Shown here: one piece after another, positions 27,632 through 36,866 of the stretch
How the letters are laid out: every line of letters begins with the position of its first letter
Position numbering within the stretch: position 1 is the first letter of the stretch
Assembly: GCA_000990325.1 (NCBI GenBank)
Contig: LBPS01000002.1
Span: 9,562 to 73,561 of the forward strand
Length of the DNA stretch: 64,000 nucleotides
Source: Candidatus Nomurabacteria bacterium GW2011_GWE2_34_25
GTDB taxonomy: Bacteria > Patescibacteriota > Minisyncoccia > Phycocordibacterales > UBA9973
Direction of reading: 5' to 3'
Notes under the pieces: model-generated
Seen by the model: the letters and a program-made list of their open reading frames with translations, nothing else
Databases searched by the model: none
What the model was told of the DNA's origin: nothing
Program-made: the position numbers and the translations under genes

Positions 27632-28399
27632 ATGAACCTAACTTTCAAAATAGAAATAGCCGATAAGTATATAAGCTATTCTCAAAAAGCACGCGTATTA
27701 ACTGAAGATTGGGTATTGAGTGAAATATATTGCCCGAGTTGTGGTAATAGTATTTATGATTATGATAACAATAAACCTGTCGCAGATTTTTACTGTAAAA
27801 GATGCTCAGAAGATTTCGAATTAAAATCTAAAAAAGGAAAGATTGGTAAAAAAGTTTCTGCTGGAGCTTATTCTCAGATGATAAAGAGAATTAATTCGTC
27901 CCAAAAACCGAATTTCTTTTTTATGGGGTACATGGTCGAAATGTGGAATGTGAATGATTTTTTTGTTATTCCAAAACACTTTTTTGTATCAGAAATTATT
28001 GAAGAAAGAAAACCGCTTACAGAAAGTGCCAGACGAGCTGGCTGGGTTGGTTCAAATATACTATTTTCAAAAATACCAAAAGCGGGGCAAATTTTTTATG
28101 TTGAAAACGGGAAAGAGCTAGAGAAAAAAGATGTTTTGGAAAAATGGCAGAAAACAGTATTTCTAAAGCAAATTAAAAAAGCTGATGCCAAAGGTTGGAT
28201 TTTGGATATTATGAACTGCATTGATGCTTTAAATAAGAAAGAGTTTATACTACAAGATGTCTATGATTTTGAAAAAGATTTATCTGTTATTCACCCTGAA
28301 AACAAAAATATAAAGCCGAAAATCAGACAGCAATTACAATTTTTGAGAGATAAAGGTTATCTTGAATTTATTGAGGCTGGGAAGTATCGACTTAAGTAG
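27632..28399 (+). CDS. DpnI-like (Dam-replacing family) restriction endonuclease
   Basis: SQKARVLTEDW, YCPSCG, NNKPVADFYC, FELKSK, ARRAGWVG, winged-helix HPENKNIKPKIRQQLQFLRDKG. Confidence 0.9.
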   Translation: MNLTFKIEIADKYISYSQKARVLTEDWVLSEIYCPSCGNSIYDYDNNKPVADFYCKRCSEDFELKSKKGKIGKKVSAGAYSQMIKRINSSQKPNFFFMGYMVEMWNVNDFFVIPKHFFVSEIIEERKPLTESARRAGWVGSNILFSKIPKAGQIFYVENGKELEKKDVLEKWQKTVFLKQIKKADAKGWILDIMNCIDALNKKEFILQDVYDFEKDLSVIHPENKNIKPKIRQQLQFLRDKGYLEFIEAGKYRLK

Positions 28400-28435
28400 T
28401 TGACTTTATTTTTTATTTGATCAAGGATATAGTAT

Positions 28436-28627
28436 ATGAATACAAAATTACAATTATTAGAAAAAGAAATAGAAGTGTTGGCGAACAATTACAGGACTGA
28501 TTGGAAGGAGGACTTATGGGAAAGTGAAAAAATTGAGGAATACGGTTTAAACGAATTTATTGGTGGTAAAGCAGATGCTTACGAAGATTGTTTAGATTTA
28601 ATTAAAAAATGTATACAAACTAGCTAA
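28436..28627 (+). CDS. Small acidic hypothetical protein
   Basis: 63-aa ORF with TATAGT immediately upstream. Confidence 0.6.
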   Translation: MNTKLQLLEKEIEVLANNYRTDWKEDLWESEKIEEYGLNEFIGGKADAYEDCLDLIKKCIQTS

Positions 28628-28652
28628 CCAATGGTATTCAGTAAGAGTTTTA

Positions 28653-28728
28653 GCCATCCTAGCTCATCTGGTAGAGCAATTCATTCGTAATGAATAGGTG
28701 CCGAGTTCGAGACTCGGGGATGGCTCCA
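28653..28728 (+). tRNA. tRNA-Thr(CGU)
   Basis: GCCATCC/GGATGGC, ATTCA-TT-CGT-AA-TGAAT, encoded CCA. Confidence 0.95.
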
Positions 28729-28730
28729 GT

Positions 28731-29912
28731 TTATTTATAGAATTTTTTAATTCTCTCCGACGCCTCTTTCACTTGTTTAAGTGGTGGTACTAAAGCAAAC
28801 CTTACAAAATTTTTTCCTGGATTAAATCCATCTTTATCTACATCAGAAATCCATGCTCCAGGGGTGACTACTATGGCGATATCTTTATCTAGAAGTTGTT
28901 TGGCAAATTCAACAGAATTAATTCCATTTGGAGTTTTAAGCCACAGGTAGAAAGTGGCTTCACTTTTACAATTTGTCCAACCTATTTGCTTAAAAGTTTC
29001 TAGCATTATATCTCTTTTTTCTTTATATTCATCTCGCATCTGTTTTGCATGAGCTTCATCATTTAGTGCAGAGATTGCAGAAGTTTGTATAAAGTCGGGA
29101 GTTCCTGAATCGATATTTGTTTTTAATTTTTTAAACTTTTCTATTATTCTCTGGTCTCCGGCAACCCAGCCGACTCGATACCCGGTCATATTGTTTCTCT
29201 TACTCAAAGAATAGAAAGTTATGATACCCTCCTTTGCAATCTCAAGTATTGAAATTGGTTTTTTGTCGAAATATGTATCTATATAGCACCCTTCATCGGC
29301 AGCTATAATTATATTGTGTTTGTGTGCCCAGTTTATCAATCCTTCATAGTATTCTTTCGTAGCGCATGCGCCAGTAGGGGAATTGGGATAATTAATCCAA
29401 ATTATTTTTGCTTTCTTTATTATATCTTCTGGTATGGATTGATAATCCAGCAAGAAGTCACTCTCTTCTTTCAAAGAAACAAAGTAAGGTATACCCCCTG
29501 CGAATATTGTTCCAGTCTTCATAGGAGGGTAGCCCGGGTTTGGAAGTATGACAATGTCACCCTCGTTTATAAAGGCTTGTGGAAAGTGAAATACTGCTTC
29601 TTTTGAGCCAAGTGTTGAGCAAATTTCAGTCTCACCGTCTATCCCTATTCCAAACCTTCTATTCATCCATCTGGAGACTGCTTGTCTGTATTCTTTCTGG
29701 CCTATATAGCTTGGATACCCAGCTTTTGAATATGAATCTAAGGCAATCTTTACAGCATCTCTCACAAACTCTGGAGTTTCGGCTGTTGGGTCTCCAACTC
29801 CAAAATCTATAGGAGTTACCCCCTCACTTTTAAGCTTAGCCACTATTTTGTTCACTTCATCGAAAGCGTAGCCTCCTATTTTATTTAATTTATCTGAGCC
29901 TGTTATATTCAT
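28731..29912 (-). CDS. dapL: LL-diaminopimelate aminotransferase-like class I/II PLP aminotransferase
   Basis: DFGVGDP, GSKE, NYPNSPTG, SLSKRNNMTGYRVG, KTNIDSG; operonic with dapA/dapB. Confidence 0.8.
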   Translation of the reverse strand: MNITGSDKLNKIGGYAFDEVNKIVAKLKSEGVTPIDFGVGDPTAETPEFVRDAVKIALDSYSKAGYPSYIGQKEYRQAVSRWMNRRFGIGIDGETEICSTLGSKEAVFHFPQAFINEGDIVILPNPGYPPMKTGTIFAGGIPYFVSLKEESDFLLDYQSIPEDIIKKAKIIWINYPNSPTGACATKEYYEGLINWAHKHNIIIAADEGCYIDTYFDKKPISILEIAKEGIITFYSLSKRNNMTGYRVGWVAGDQRIIEKFKKLKTNIDSGTPDFIQTSAISALNDEAHAKQMRDEYKEKRDIMLETFKQIGWTNCKSEATFYLWLKTPNGINSVEFAKQLLDKDIAIVVTPGAWISDVDKDGFNPGKNFVRFALVPPLKQVKEASERIKKFYK

Positions 29913-29940
29913 AATTTATTTGAATTTAAAGCGAAGCAAA

Positions 29941-30849
29941 TTATTTTATAATATCCATCTTTTTAAGTACTGCTTCTACCTGTCCTCCATTCTCTTCAGC
30001 TATTTCACACATTGGAAGTCGATAAATATTTTGGCATAGTCCCATTTTGTATGATGCATACTTTACTGGGATTGGATTCGTCTCTATGAAAAGTATTTTG
30101 AATAAGTCGGCTAGTTTTGCATTTACTTCTTCTGCATTTGCAAAATCTTTCTTAAGAGCACTACTTACCATTTCTACCATGTCTTTGGGAACTATGTTTG
30201 AAGCGACTGATATGATCCCATCTGCTTCGTAATTTTTTATTATTTCAAGTGTTATATTGTCATCCCCTGAGAGAACAGTGAAGTCATTTAACTCTAGTTC
30301 GCACGCAGACTTGATCTGGTTCAGATCTCCCGAAGCTTCTTTAACCCCTACAATGTTTTTTACTTCTGTGGCTAGTTTATACAAAGTAGTAGTTTCTAAA
30401 TTTACCCCTGTACGTCCTTTTATATTGTACAAAAATACAGGAAGACTAGTGGATTCTGCTATTGTTTTAAAATGAAGATAGAGGCCTTTTTGAGTAGGCT
30501 TGTTGTAGTAGGGATTCACAAGTAGCACTATGTCTGCTCCTGCTTCTTCTGCAGATTTTGTCTTCTCGACTGACTTCTTCGTATTGTTCGTGCCAGTCCC
30601 TGCCATTATAAAACACTTATCACCTACTTTTTCTTTGGCTCTTTTGATAAGATCTATACATTCTTCATCGGTTATAGTTGGGGACTCTCCTGTAGTTCCA
30701 TTGATTATGATTCCTGTTACTTTCGCTTCCACTTGTCTTTCTATAAGCTTATCGAAAGATCTCCAATCTATACTCCCGTCTTCATTGAAGGGGGTTATCA
30801 TTGCTGTCCACACACCTTTGTATTTGTTGTTTTCCATATTATTTTTCAT
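29941..30849 (-). CDS. dapA: 4-hydroxy-tetrahydrodipicolinate synthase
   Basis: TAMITPF, GTTGES, PYYNKP, YNIKGRT, KEASG, ETNPIPVK. Confidence 0.96.
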   Translation of the reverse strand: MKNNMENNKYKGVWTAMITPFNEDGSIDWRSFDKLIERQVEAKVTGIIINGTTGESPTITDEECIDLIKRAKEKVGDKCFIMAGTGTNNTKKSVEKTKSAEEAGADIVLLVNPYYNKPTQKGLYLHFKTIAESTSLPVFLYNIKGRTGVNLETTTLYKLATEVKNIVGVKEASGDLNQIKSACELELNDFTVLSGDDNITLEIIKNYEADGIISVASNIVPKDMVEMVSSALKKDFANAEEVNAKLADLFKILFIETNPIPVKYASYKMGLCQNIYRLPMCEIAEENGGQVEAVLKKMDIIK

Positions 30850-31579
30850 TTAGAAAATCATTCATATTAAATAGACCTTTTTTGTTCTCCATCCACTCTA
30901 TTGCCTTGACCGCCCCTAGTGCATACCCGCCCCTGTCTCTTGCACTGTGCGTGATAGTGATAGTGTCTGACGCTGAATCAAAACCTACAGTGTGACTGAA
31001 GTTTACAGGCCCACCTCGTGTTGAAGAGAAGTGAATTTCATTTGGTTCTATTTTTCTATCTAGTTTGTCGTAAAATACTTCACTTTTTCTTCCTATTTTC
31101 TCCAAGAGTATTTTTGCTATTTCTTTAGCTGTACCTGAGGGGGAGTCTGACTTGTTCTTGTGATGTAGTTCTGTACCCCAGATGTCATATTCATCATACT
31201 CATTTATTAGCTCTCCTGCTTTCGCTATTATTTGATAGTACATATTTACTCCGATAGAGAAGTTGGCTGACCACATTATTCCGATATCATTTTCTTTTGC
31301 AATTTTTTCAATTTCAGGTAGTTTTTCGTACCAGCCAGTTGTTCCAATTACTAGATTCTTCTTTGCGAGGGCTACTCTCTTGGCATTTTCTATTATAGAT
31401 GAAGACTCCGAAAAGTCGACAACTAAGTCAACGTCTTCTAGGGGTGCTTCGTTTGTAGTTTTATGAGTTGCCTCTTTGTTGTTGGGATCTATGGTGATAT
31501 CTACTTTGTGTCCTTTAGATTCTGCTATTTCTTTGACAGACTTTCCCATAGAACCAAGACCGATAATAGCTATACGCAT
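30839..31579 (-). CDS. dapB: 4-hydroxy-tetrahydrodipicolinate reductase
   Basis: IIGLGSMG, VIGTTGW, ANFSIGV, ELHHKNKSDSPSGTA. Confidence 0.95.
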   Translation of the reverse strand: MRIAIIGLGSMGKSVKEIAESKGHKVDITIDPNNKEATHKTTNEAPLEDVDLVVDFSESSSIIENAKRVALAKKNLVIGTTGWYEKLPEIEKIAKENDIGIMWSANFSIGVNMYYQIIAKAGELINEYDEYDIWGTELHHKNKSDSPSGTAKEIAKILLEKIGRKSEVFYDKLDRKIEPNEIHFSSTRGGPVNFSHTVGFDSASDTITITHSARDRGGYALGAVKAIEWMENKKGLFNMNDFLNEK

Positions 31580-31674
31580 ATATTGTATTAAAAGTTAAAT
31601 AGTTTTTAATGTATAAATTCTAGCAAAAATAGGGATTTTTTGCTAGAAAGATTTATTTTTGATAGAATTTAAAA

Positions 31675-32697
31675 ATGCAAAACAAAAAACTAGCTATTGT
31701 AGGGGTGACTGGTTTGGTAGGGCAAGAAGTTTTAAATATATTAGTTTCAAAAAAGATTGTTCCCGATATAGACGTGGACAATCTACTGTTTGTGGCCTCA
31801 GATAAATCTGTAGGGAAGGTTATTTCTTTTTTAGGAAAAGAAGTCAAGGTAATATCTGTTGAAGACGCGATTTTAGAAAAGCCAGACTATGTGATCATGT
31901 CAGCTGGAGCAACTCTTTCAAAAGAAGTTGCCCCCAGATTTGTCGAAGGGGGAGCTATTGTCATAGACAATTCATCTGCATGGAGAACTTTCCCCGAAAT
32001 TCCACTTATTGTTCCAAGTATTCCAAACCCTCTTTTAGATTTAAATATGAAGTCTGGCATTATTGCCAATCCAAACTGTGTTGCAATTATGATCGCTATT
32101 GCCATCGCTCCTTTCTCTAGTATGGGTGTAGATATGGTACTGGTGAGTGTTATGCAGTCTGTTTCAGGAGCAGGGTATAAAGGTATAAATGCTTTAAGAG
32201 AAGAGTTAGAAAATAACGACGGGGTAAAAGCTTCCATGTCTTCGTTTGTTTCAAATATTGCAAACAATATAATTCCTGCCTCGGCTATGAGTAGTACCGT
32301 TCCAAAATATAATGATGAAGAAGCTAAGATGATGTTTGAAGTTCCAAAGATTTTAGGTAAGTCGGTAAAGTTCTCCTCTCAATCCTGTAGAGTTCCTGTG
32401 GCAAGAGGGCATAGTGCGATGATGCGAGTTTTCTTTAAAGAAGAACAAGATGAAGCAAACTTGATAGATATTCTAAAAAAGGCACCCCAGATCAAATATT
32501 CCGAAGAACCTCTTGGTCCTTATGATACAGTTGGTAAAGATTATGTAATAGTTAGAAGCTTCCGCCAAGATATCAACAACAAGAATGTCTTTGAATTCTT
32601 CGTAGCTTCAGACAATCTTCGTGTTGGGGCTGCTTATAATGCAGTCGCTATATTGGGGAAATTATTAGGTGTATATAACGAGAAGAATTATTCTTAA
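31675..32697 (+). CDS. asd: Aspartate-semialdehyde dehydrogenase
   Basis: VGVTGLVG, VIDNSSAWR, IANPNC, QSVSGAG, DNLRVGAAYNAV. Confidence 0.95.
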   Translation: MQNKKLAIVGVTGLVGQEVLNILVSKKIVPDIDVDNLLFVASDKSVGKVISFLGKEVKVISVEDAILEKPDYVIMSAGATLSKEVAPRFVEGGAIVIDNSSAWRTFPEIPLIVPSIPNPLLDLNMKSGIIANPNCVAIMIAIAIAPFSSMGVDMVLVSVMQSVSGAGYKGINALREELENNDGVKASMSSFVSNIANNIIPASAMSSTVPKYNDEEAKMMFEVPKILGKSVKFSSQSCRVPVARGHSAMMRVFFKEEQDEANLIDILKKAPQIKYSEEPLGPYDTVGKDYVIVRSFRQDINNKNVFEFFVASDNLRVGAAYNAVAILGKLLGVYNEKNYS

Positions 32698-32698
32698 T

Positions 32699-33607
32699 AT
32701 GGAAATACAAGTATTTAAATGTGGGGGTAAATTTTTTGTTTCAAATATTATTCAATCGTTTTTTAACGAATTAAAAGACAAGATAGAAAGTCATAGAACT
32801 GTTTTTGTTATTTCAGCCATGGCAGGTATTACTAGACTTCTTCGACTTATTTTCATAATAAAAACAGAAGTAAAAATAGACGAAGAATTAAAGACTCTCA
32901 TGATATCGCTCTGTATGAATGAATTTAAGAGGTACCACACTGAATTTATTTTTAAATTATTCTCTGAGACAGATAGGGGGGCGGTGATCGATAATTTTGA
33001 ACTATTGTTTAGTAAATTAGAAGGTACTATCAATCTTTATAAATCAGAAGATAGAAAGGACTTATTTTATGCATCAGTATTGCAATACGGCGAAATTGCT
33101 AGTTCGGAGATTTTAAGTAAGTATATAAATACTTTAGGTATAAAGAATAAATGGTTTGATGCGAGAGAGTATGTAGTAACCGACAGTAATTACAGAGAAG
33201 CCGAAATTTTAAATATTAAAAATGATTTTAAAGAATTTTTTAAGGAGGGAGATATTCTCATTACTCAAGGTTTTATCGGTCGTGATGAAAAAGGGGAGAA
33301 TACAGTCGTCGGGTTTGATGGTAGTGACTACTCAGCAGCAGAGTTTGCTAATTCTCTTTCAGAGTCTGGTGGGGAGGTTTCTCTTACTTACTGGAAGGAT
33401 GTCGATGGAGTTTACGAGGAGAACCCTGTGAAGAACCCTGAAGCCAAATTAATAGACCAGATGACCCGCAAGGAATATATACAAAATACAGTAAAGAACA
33501 ATTCCTTCGTTGTTCGCCCTGATTCTATCTCAAGCCTAAACGAAAACATTGAAGTCACCATCCGCTCCTTCATGAACTTCGAAAATCAGGGCACAAAAAT
33601 AAAATAA
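32699..33607 (+). CDS. lysC: Aspartokinase, catalytic domain only, divergent
   Basis: FKCGG, VISAMAGIT, GEIASS, ITQGFIG, GSDYSAA, WKDVDGVY; no ACT domains. Confidence 0.85.
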   Translation: MEIQVFKCGGKFFVSNIIQSFFNELKDKIESHRTVFVISAMAGITRLLRLIFIIKTEVKIDEELKTLMISLCMNEFKRYHTEFIFKLFSETDRGAVIDNFELLFSKLEGTINLYKSEDRKDLFYASVLQYGEIASSEILSKYINTLGIKNKWFDAREYVVTDSNYREAEILNIKNDFKEFFKEGDILITQGFIGRDEKGENTVVGFDGSDYSAAEFANSLSESGGEVSLTYWKDVDGVYEENPVKNPEAKLIDQMTRKEYIQNTVKNNSFVVRPDSISSLNENIEVTIRSFMNFENQGTKIK

Positions 33608-33615
33608 TTTTAGGA

Positions 33616-33646
33616 ATGATGTATGAGGCCTTGCCTCACACATCAT
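33616..33646. repeat. REP-like palindrome
   Basis: ATGATGTATGAGGC-CTT-GCCTCACACATCAT. Confidence 0.7.
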
Positions 33647-33671
33647 CATAAAAACATATTTAATAGTTGCG

Positions 33672-33688
33672 CACAGGTCAGACCTGTG
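33672..33688. repeat. REP-like palindrome upstream of the RAYT transposase
   Basis: CACAGGT-CAG-ACCTGTG. Confidence 0.85.
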
Positions 33689-33720
33689 ACATATCTATTT
33701 AATATGATAATATAATAGAT

Positions 33721-34401
33721 ATGGCTATTCGAGATAAAAATTTAGTTCCAGAAGAATATTATCATTTGTATAATCGTGGAAATGATAAAAAGAAAATTTT
33801 TTTAGACGAAGAAGATTATGATCGTTTTGTAAAGCTATTATACATATGTAACTCCAAAAAAGAATTCAAATTTAAATATTCTGTAATACGAAGTAAAATA
33901 GATGCTTTTGATTTCGAAAGAGGAGAACCCCTAGTTTCTGTTCTTTCTTGGGTTTTAATGCCGAACCATTTTCACATAATTTTAATTTGTCACAGGTCCG
34001 ACCTGTGTACCGAGAAGTATAATCCTATTACAGAATTCATGAGAAAGGTTTCTACTGCATATGTAATGTATTTTAATAAAAAGTATGAAAGAACAGGAGG
34101 ATTGTTTGAGGGTAGGTTTAAATCAAGACACATAGGAGAAGAAAATTATTTTAATTATATTTTTTCTTATGTACACTTAAACCCTATAAAGTTAATTCAG
34201 AAAGATTGGAAAGAGAAAGGGATTTTTGACAAGAATAAAGCTAAAGATTTTCTAGAAAATTATAAATATTCTAGTTTTCAGGATTATTTTGGTAAAAAGA
34301 GGAAAGAAGAGGGAATAATAGATAAAAAGTCTATTCCTGAGTATTGCCTTTGTAATCATGCAAAAGACCTATTTGTGTGGATTAATAAAGGTGCATATTA
34401 G
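33721..34401 (+). mobile_element. REP-associated tyrosine (Y1/HUH, IS200-like) transposase, RAYT type
   Basis: YYHLYNRG, WVLMPNHFH (HUH), YFNKKYERTGGLFEGRF, YVHLNP, YKYSS; flanked by REP-like palindromes, with a third copy at 33991-34007 inside the gene. Confidence 0.9.
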
Positions 34402-34405
34402 TTGT

Positions 34406-34422
34406 CACAGGTCGGACCTGTG
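34406..34422. repeat. REP-like palindrome downstream of the RAYT transposase
   Basis: CACAGGT-CGG-ACCTGTG. Confidence 0.85.
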
Positions 34423-34511
34423 AATGCTTCTAGACATATTGTGAATATTTTATACAGGCCATCACTAATATTATTTAGTGAAAATTTTAGTATATGATAC
34501 AATATACTTAT

Positions 34512-35090
34512 ATGAAAATAGGAATAACTCTTACATCTTCACTCTCGGTCGGGCAAGAATATATTAATCTTACTCGTACTGTTGCCGAGATTCTTGCTCG
34601 CGAAGGATTTAGTATTGTGTATGGAGGTACTGAATATGGAATGATGGCCGAGCTTGCAAAAAGTTACAAAGAAGCCGGTGGCACTGAATTGATTGGTGTT
34701 ATGTCTGAAGAATTAAAAAGTGTAACAAAAGGATATAAGGCATTTGAAAATCTTGATAAAACTATTTGGACAAATCAAATGGGTGAACGTATCCGTACAA
34801 TTAGTGATATTTCTGATGGATTTGTGATTCTTCCAGGAGGGTATGGGACTCTCGAAGAGATAATGAGTATCGTAGGAGGAAAAGCTAATAAAATTTATGA
34901 CAAACCTATTATTGTATTAAATCATAGTCATTATTACGATACTCTACTTTCATTTTTTGATGAAATGCAAAAAAAGCAATTTAGTAAGATTAAAATACAA
35001 GAATTAGTCCATGTATGTGAAAATCCAGATGATATAGTAAATTACTTTAAATCTTATTCTCAAACTATTTTGCCTGATAAGTTTGTGTAG
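34512..35090 (+). CDS. LOG family nucleotide 5'-monophosphate phosphoribohydrolase
   Basis: IVYGG..GMM, LPGGYGTLEE. Confidence 0.9.
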   Translation: MKIGITLTSSLSVGQEYINLTRTVAEILAREGFSIVYGGTEYGMMAELAKSYKEAGGTELIGVMSEELKSVTKGYKAFENLDKTIWTNQMGERIRTISDISDGFVILPGGYGTLEEIMSIVGGKANKIYDKPIIVLNHSHYYDTLLSFFDEMQKKQFSKIKIQELVHVCENPDDIVNYFKSYSQTILPDKFV

Positions 35091-35212
35091 ATCTCTGAAC
35101 ATTCTCTTAATTTCGGAGTTATTTAATATAAAAAACCAAAGAAACACAAAAAACCATGAAAATTTCGTAAATTTCATACATACAATTTCATACATACAAC
35201 TAAAATCTGCTC

Positions 35213-35241
35213 TTGACAATAGTGACCACAAGGAATAATCT
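35213..35241 (+). promoter_or_regulatory. Sigma70 promoter
   Basis: TTGACA-N17-TAATCT upstream of 35298. Confidence 0.6.
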
Positions 35242-35297
35242 TAAAGAAAACAATTTTTAACTAAAAATCAATTTTTTAACTCTTTAAATTTATAGCC

Positions 35298-35867
35298 ATG
35301 AAAAAAATTATTGCATTAATTGTTATTTTTTGTGCTTTCAATGTAGCACGAGTAGAGGCGCAGATTGATTCAAAACCAGTTGCAGAATTTGAATTTACTG
35401 TTCCCACTTCTTACGATCACGATAATCAAATTGACGTATCGGTGAAGAGAGCAAAGCTAGATAAGCTTTATTCATCTGTTGAAAATTTAACAAGTGAAAA
35501 TTTTGCTAAAGTTACTAATAAATTAGTCTCTGGGAAAACTTACATTGTTAAAATTTTCGAAATGAATCCTGAAGGAGCAACAAGTCAAGAATGTTTGGCT
35601 TTTTTAAAAAATCAAGATGTCATTTTGGTTGGAGCTCAAGGTTTAACTCTCGTGTATGATCTAATGAAAGAAAAATTACCGAAAGATAAAGTAATTTTTT
35701 CTTTTGATAAAAAAGAAAATCTATGGACTTCTTCTGATGGGAATCACGGAATTCCTTTTCTAAGGACATACACAAAAGAAGAAGGTGATTATGCTTTTGG
35801 TGTAAACACTTTTGAGTATGACTTTGTTGGCAATAATGGTTGCCTGATGGCTTTCTTTGAAAAGTAA
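35298..35867 (+). CDS. Secreted hypothetical protein
   Basis: MKKIIALIVIFCAFNVARVEA signal peptide. Confidence 0.75.
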   Translation: MKKIIALIVIFCAFNVARVEAQIDSKPVAEFEFTVPTSYDHDNQIDVSVKRAKLDKLYSSVENLTSENFAKVTNKLVSGKTYIVKIFEMNPEGATSQECLAFLKNQDVILVGAQGLTLVYDLMKEKLPKDKVIFSFDKKENLWTSSDGNHGIPFLRTYTKEEGDYAFGVNTFEYDFVGNNGCLMAFFEK

Positions 35868-35962
35868 CATTTTTAATTAGTTGAATTATAAATTTGAGCG
35901 AGGATTTTATCCCCGCTCATTTTTAATTTCTGAAAAATCGGACATTTTGGTATGATAGGAGA

Positions 35963-36850
35963 ATGGTAGTAGATACAGAAGGGATAAAAAAAGAAATAGA
36001 GAAGCTTGAGAATGATATGATCCAGGGGGATTTCTGGTCTGATAAAGTAAGGGCCCAAGAATCTATTAAGAAATTGGGTGAACTTAAGGATGAACTTTTA
36101 GGCAGTGAGAAATACGATAAAGGTAATGCTATCCTTTCTATTCTCTCGGGGGCTGGGGGAGATGATGCGGAGGACTTCTCGGGAATGCTTCTTCATATGT
36201 ATTTAAAATATATTGAAAACAAGGGCTGGCAAGCAACATTAATTCATGAAAACAAGAATGATGTAGGAGGGTATCGTAATGTATCTATAGAAATCACAGG
36301 CAAGAGTGCTTATGGTACGCTTAAGAATGAGTCTGGAGTCCATCGCCTTGTACGCATTTCACCATTTAATGCAAATGCGAAGAGGCATACCTCCTTTTCT
36401 TTAGTTGAAGTTATTCCTAAATTAGAAAAGAACAACGATGTCATAGTCATACCCCCAGAAGATTTGAAAATTGAATTTTCAAAGTCAGGTGGCCCTGGTG
36501 GGCAGAATGTAAATAAAAGGGAAACAGCCGTTCGAGTCGTTCACTTACCTACCAGTATATCCGTAGCAGTTTCGACAGAACGTTCCCAAGAGCAGAATCG
36601 TGAAAAAGCAATAGAAATGCTAAAAGGCAAGCTTTTCAAGAAAAGGGAAGTTGACGAAGCTCGAGAAAAGGCCGGACTCTCCATTTCAAAGACAACAGAG
36701 ATAGAGTGGGGAAGCCAAATCCGCTCATATGTACTCCATCCTTACAAGATGGTCAAGGATCATAGGACAGGAGTAGAACTTCGGGATGTTGACGCCGTGC
36801 TCGAAAGTGGCATGATAGATGAATTTATTGTTGCGGAGGCAACATTGTGA
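35963..36850 (+). CDS. prfB: Peptide chain release factor 2, N-terminally shortened
   Basis: GAGG, ESGVHRLVRISPF (SPF), GGPGGQNVNK, WGSQIRSYVLHPY. Confidence 0.95.
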   Translation: MVVDTEGIKKEIEKLENDMIQGDFWSDKVRAQESIKKLGELKDELLGSEKYDKGNAILSILSGAGGDDAEDFSGMLLHMYLKYIENKGWQATLIHENKNDVGGYRNVSIEITGKSAYGTLKNESGVHRLVRISPFNANAKRHTSFSLVEVIPKLEKNNDVIVIPPEDLKIEFSKSGGPGGQNVNKRETAVRVVHLPTSISVAVSTERSQEQNREKAIEMLKGKLFKKREVDEAREKAGLSISKTTEIEWGSQIRSYVLHPYKMVKDHRTGVELRDVDAVLESGMIDEFIVAEATL

Positions 36851-36866
36851 TAAAATTAGAGAATTA

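Noticed and set aside
26629-28652. Prophage or integrative element with att repeats
   Set aside because: No integrase or phage genes, and the two tRNA-Thr genes are different isoacceptors rather than a duplicated att.
35900-35963. Programmed +1 frameshift in prfB
   Set aside because: No CTTTGA site with an upstream SD and no upstream RF2 N-terminal ORF.
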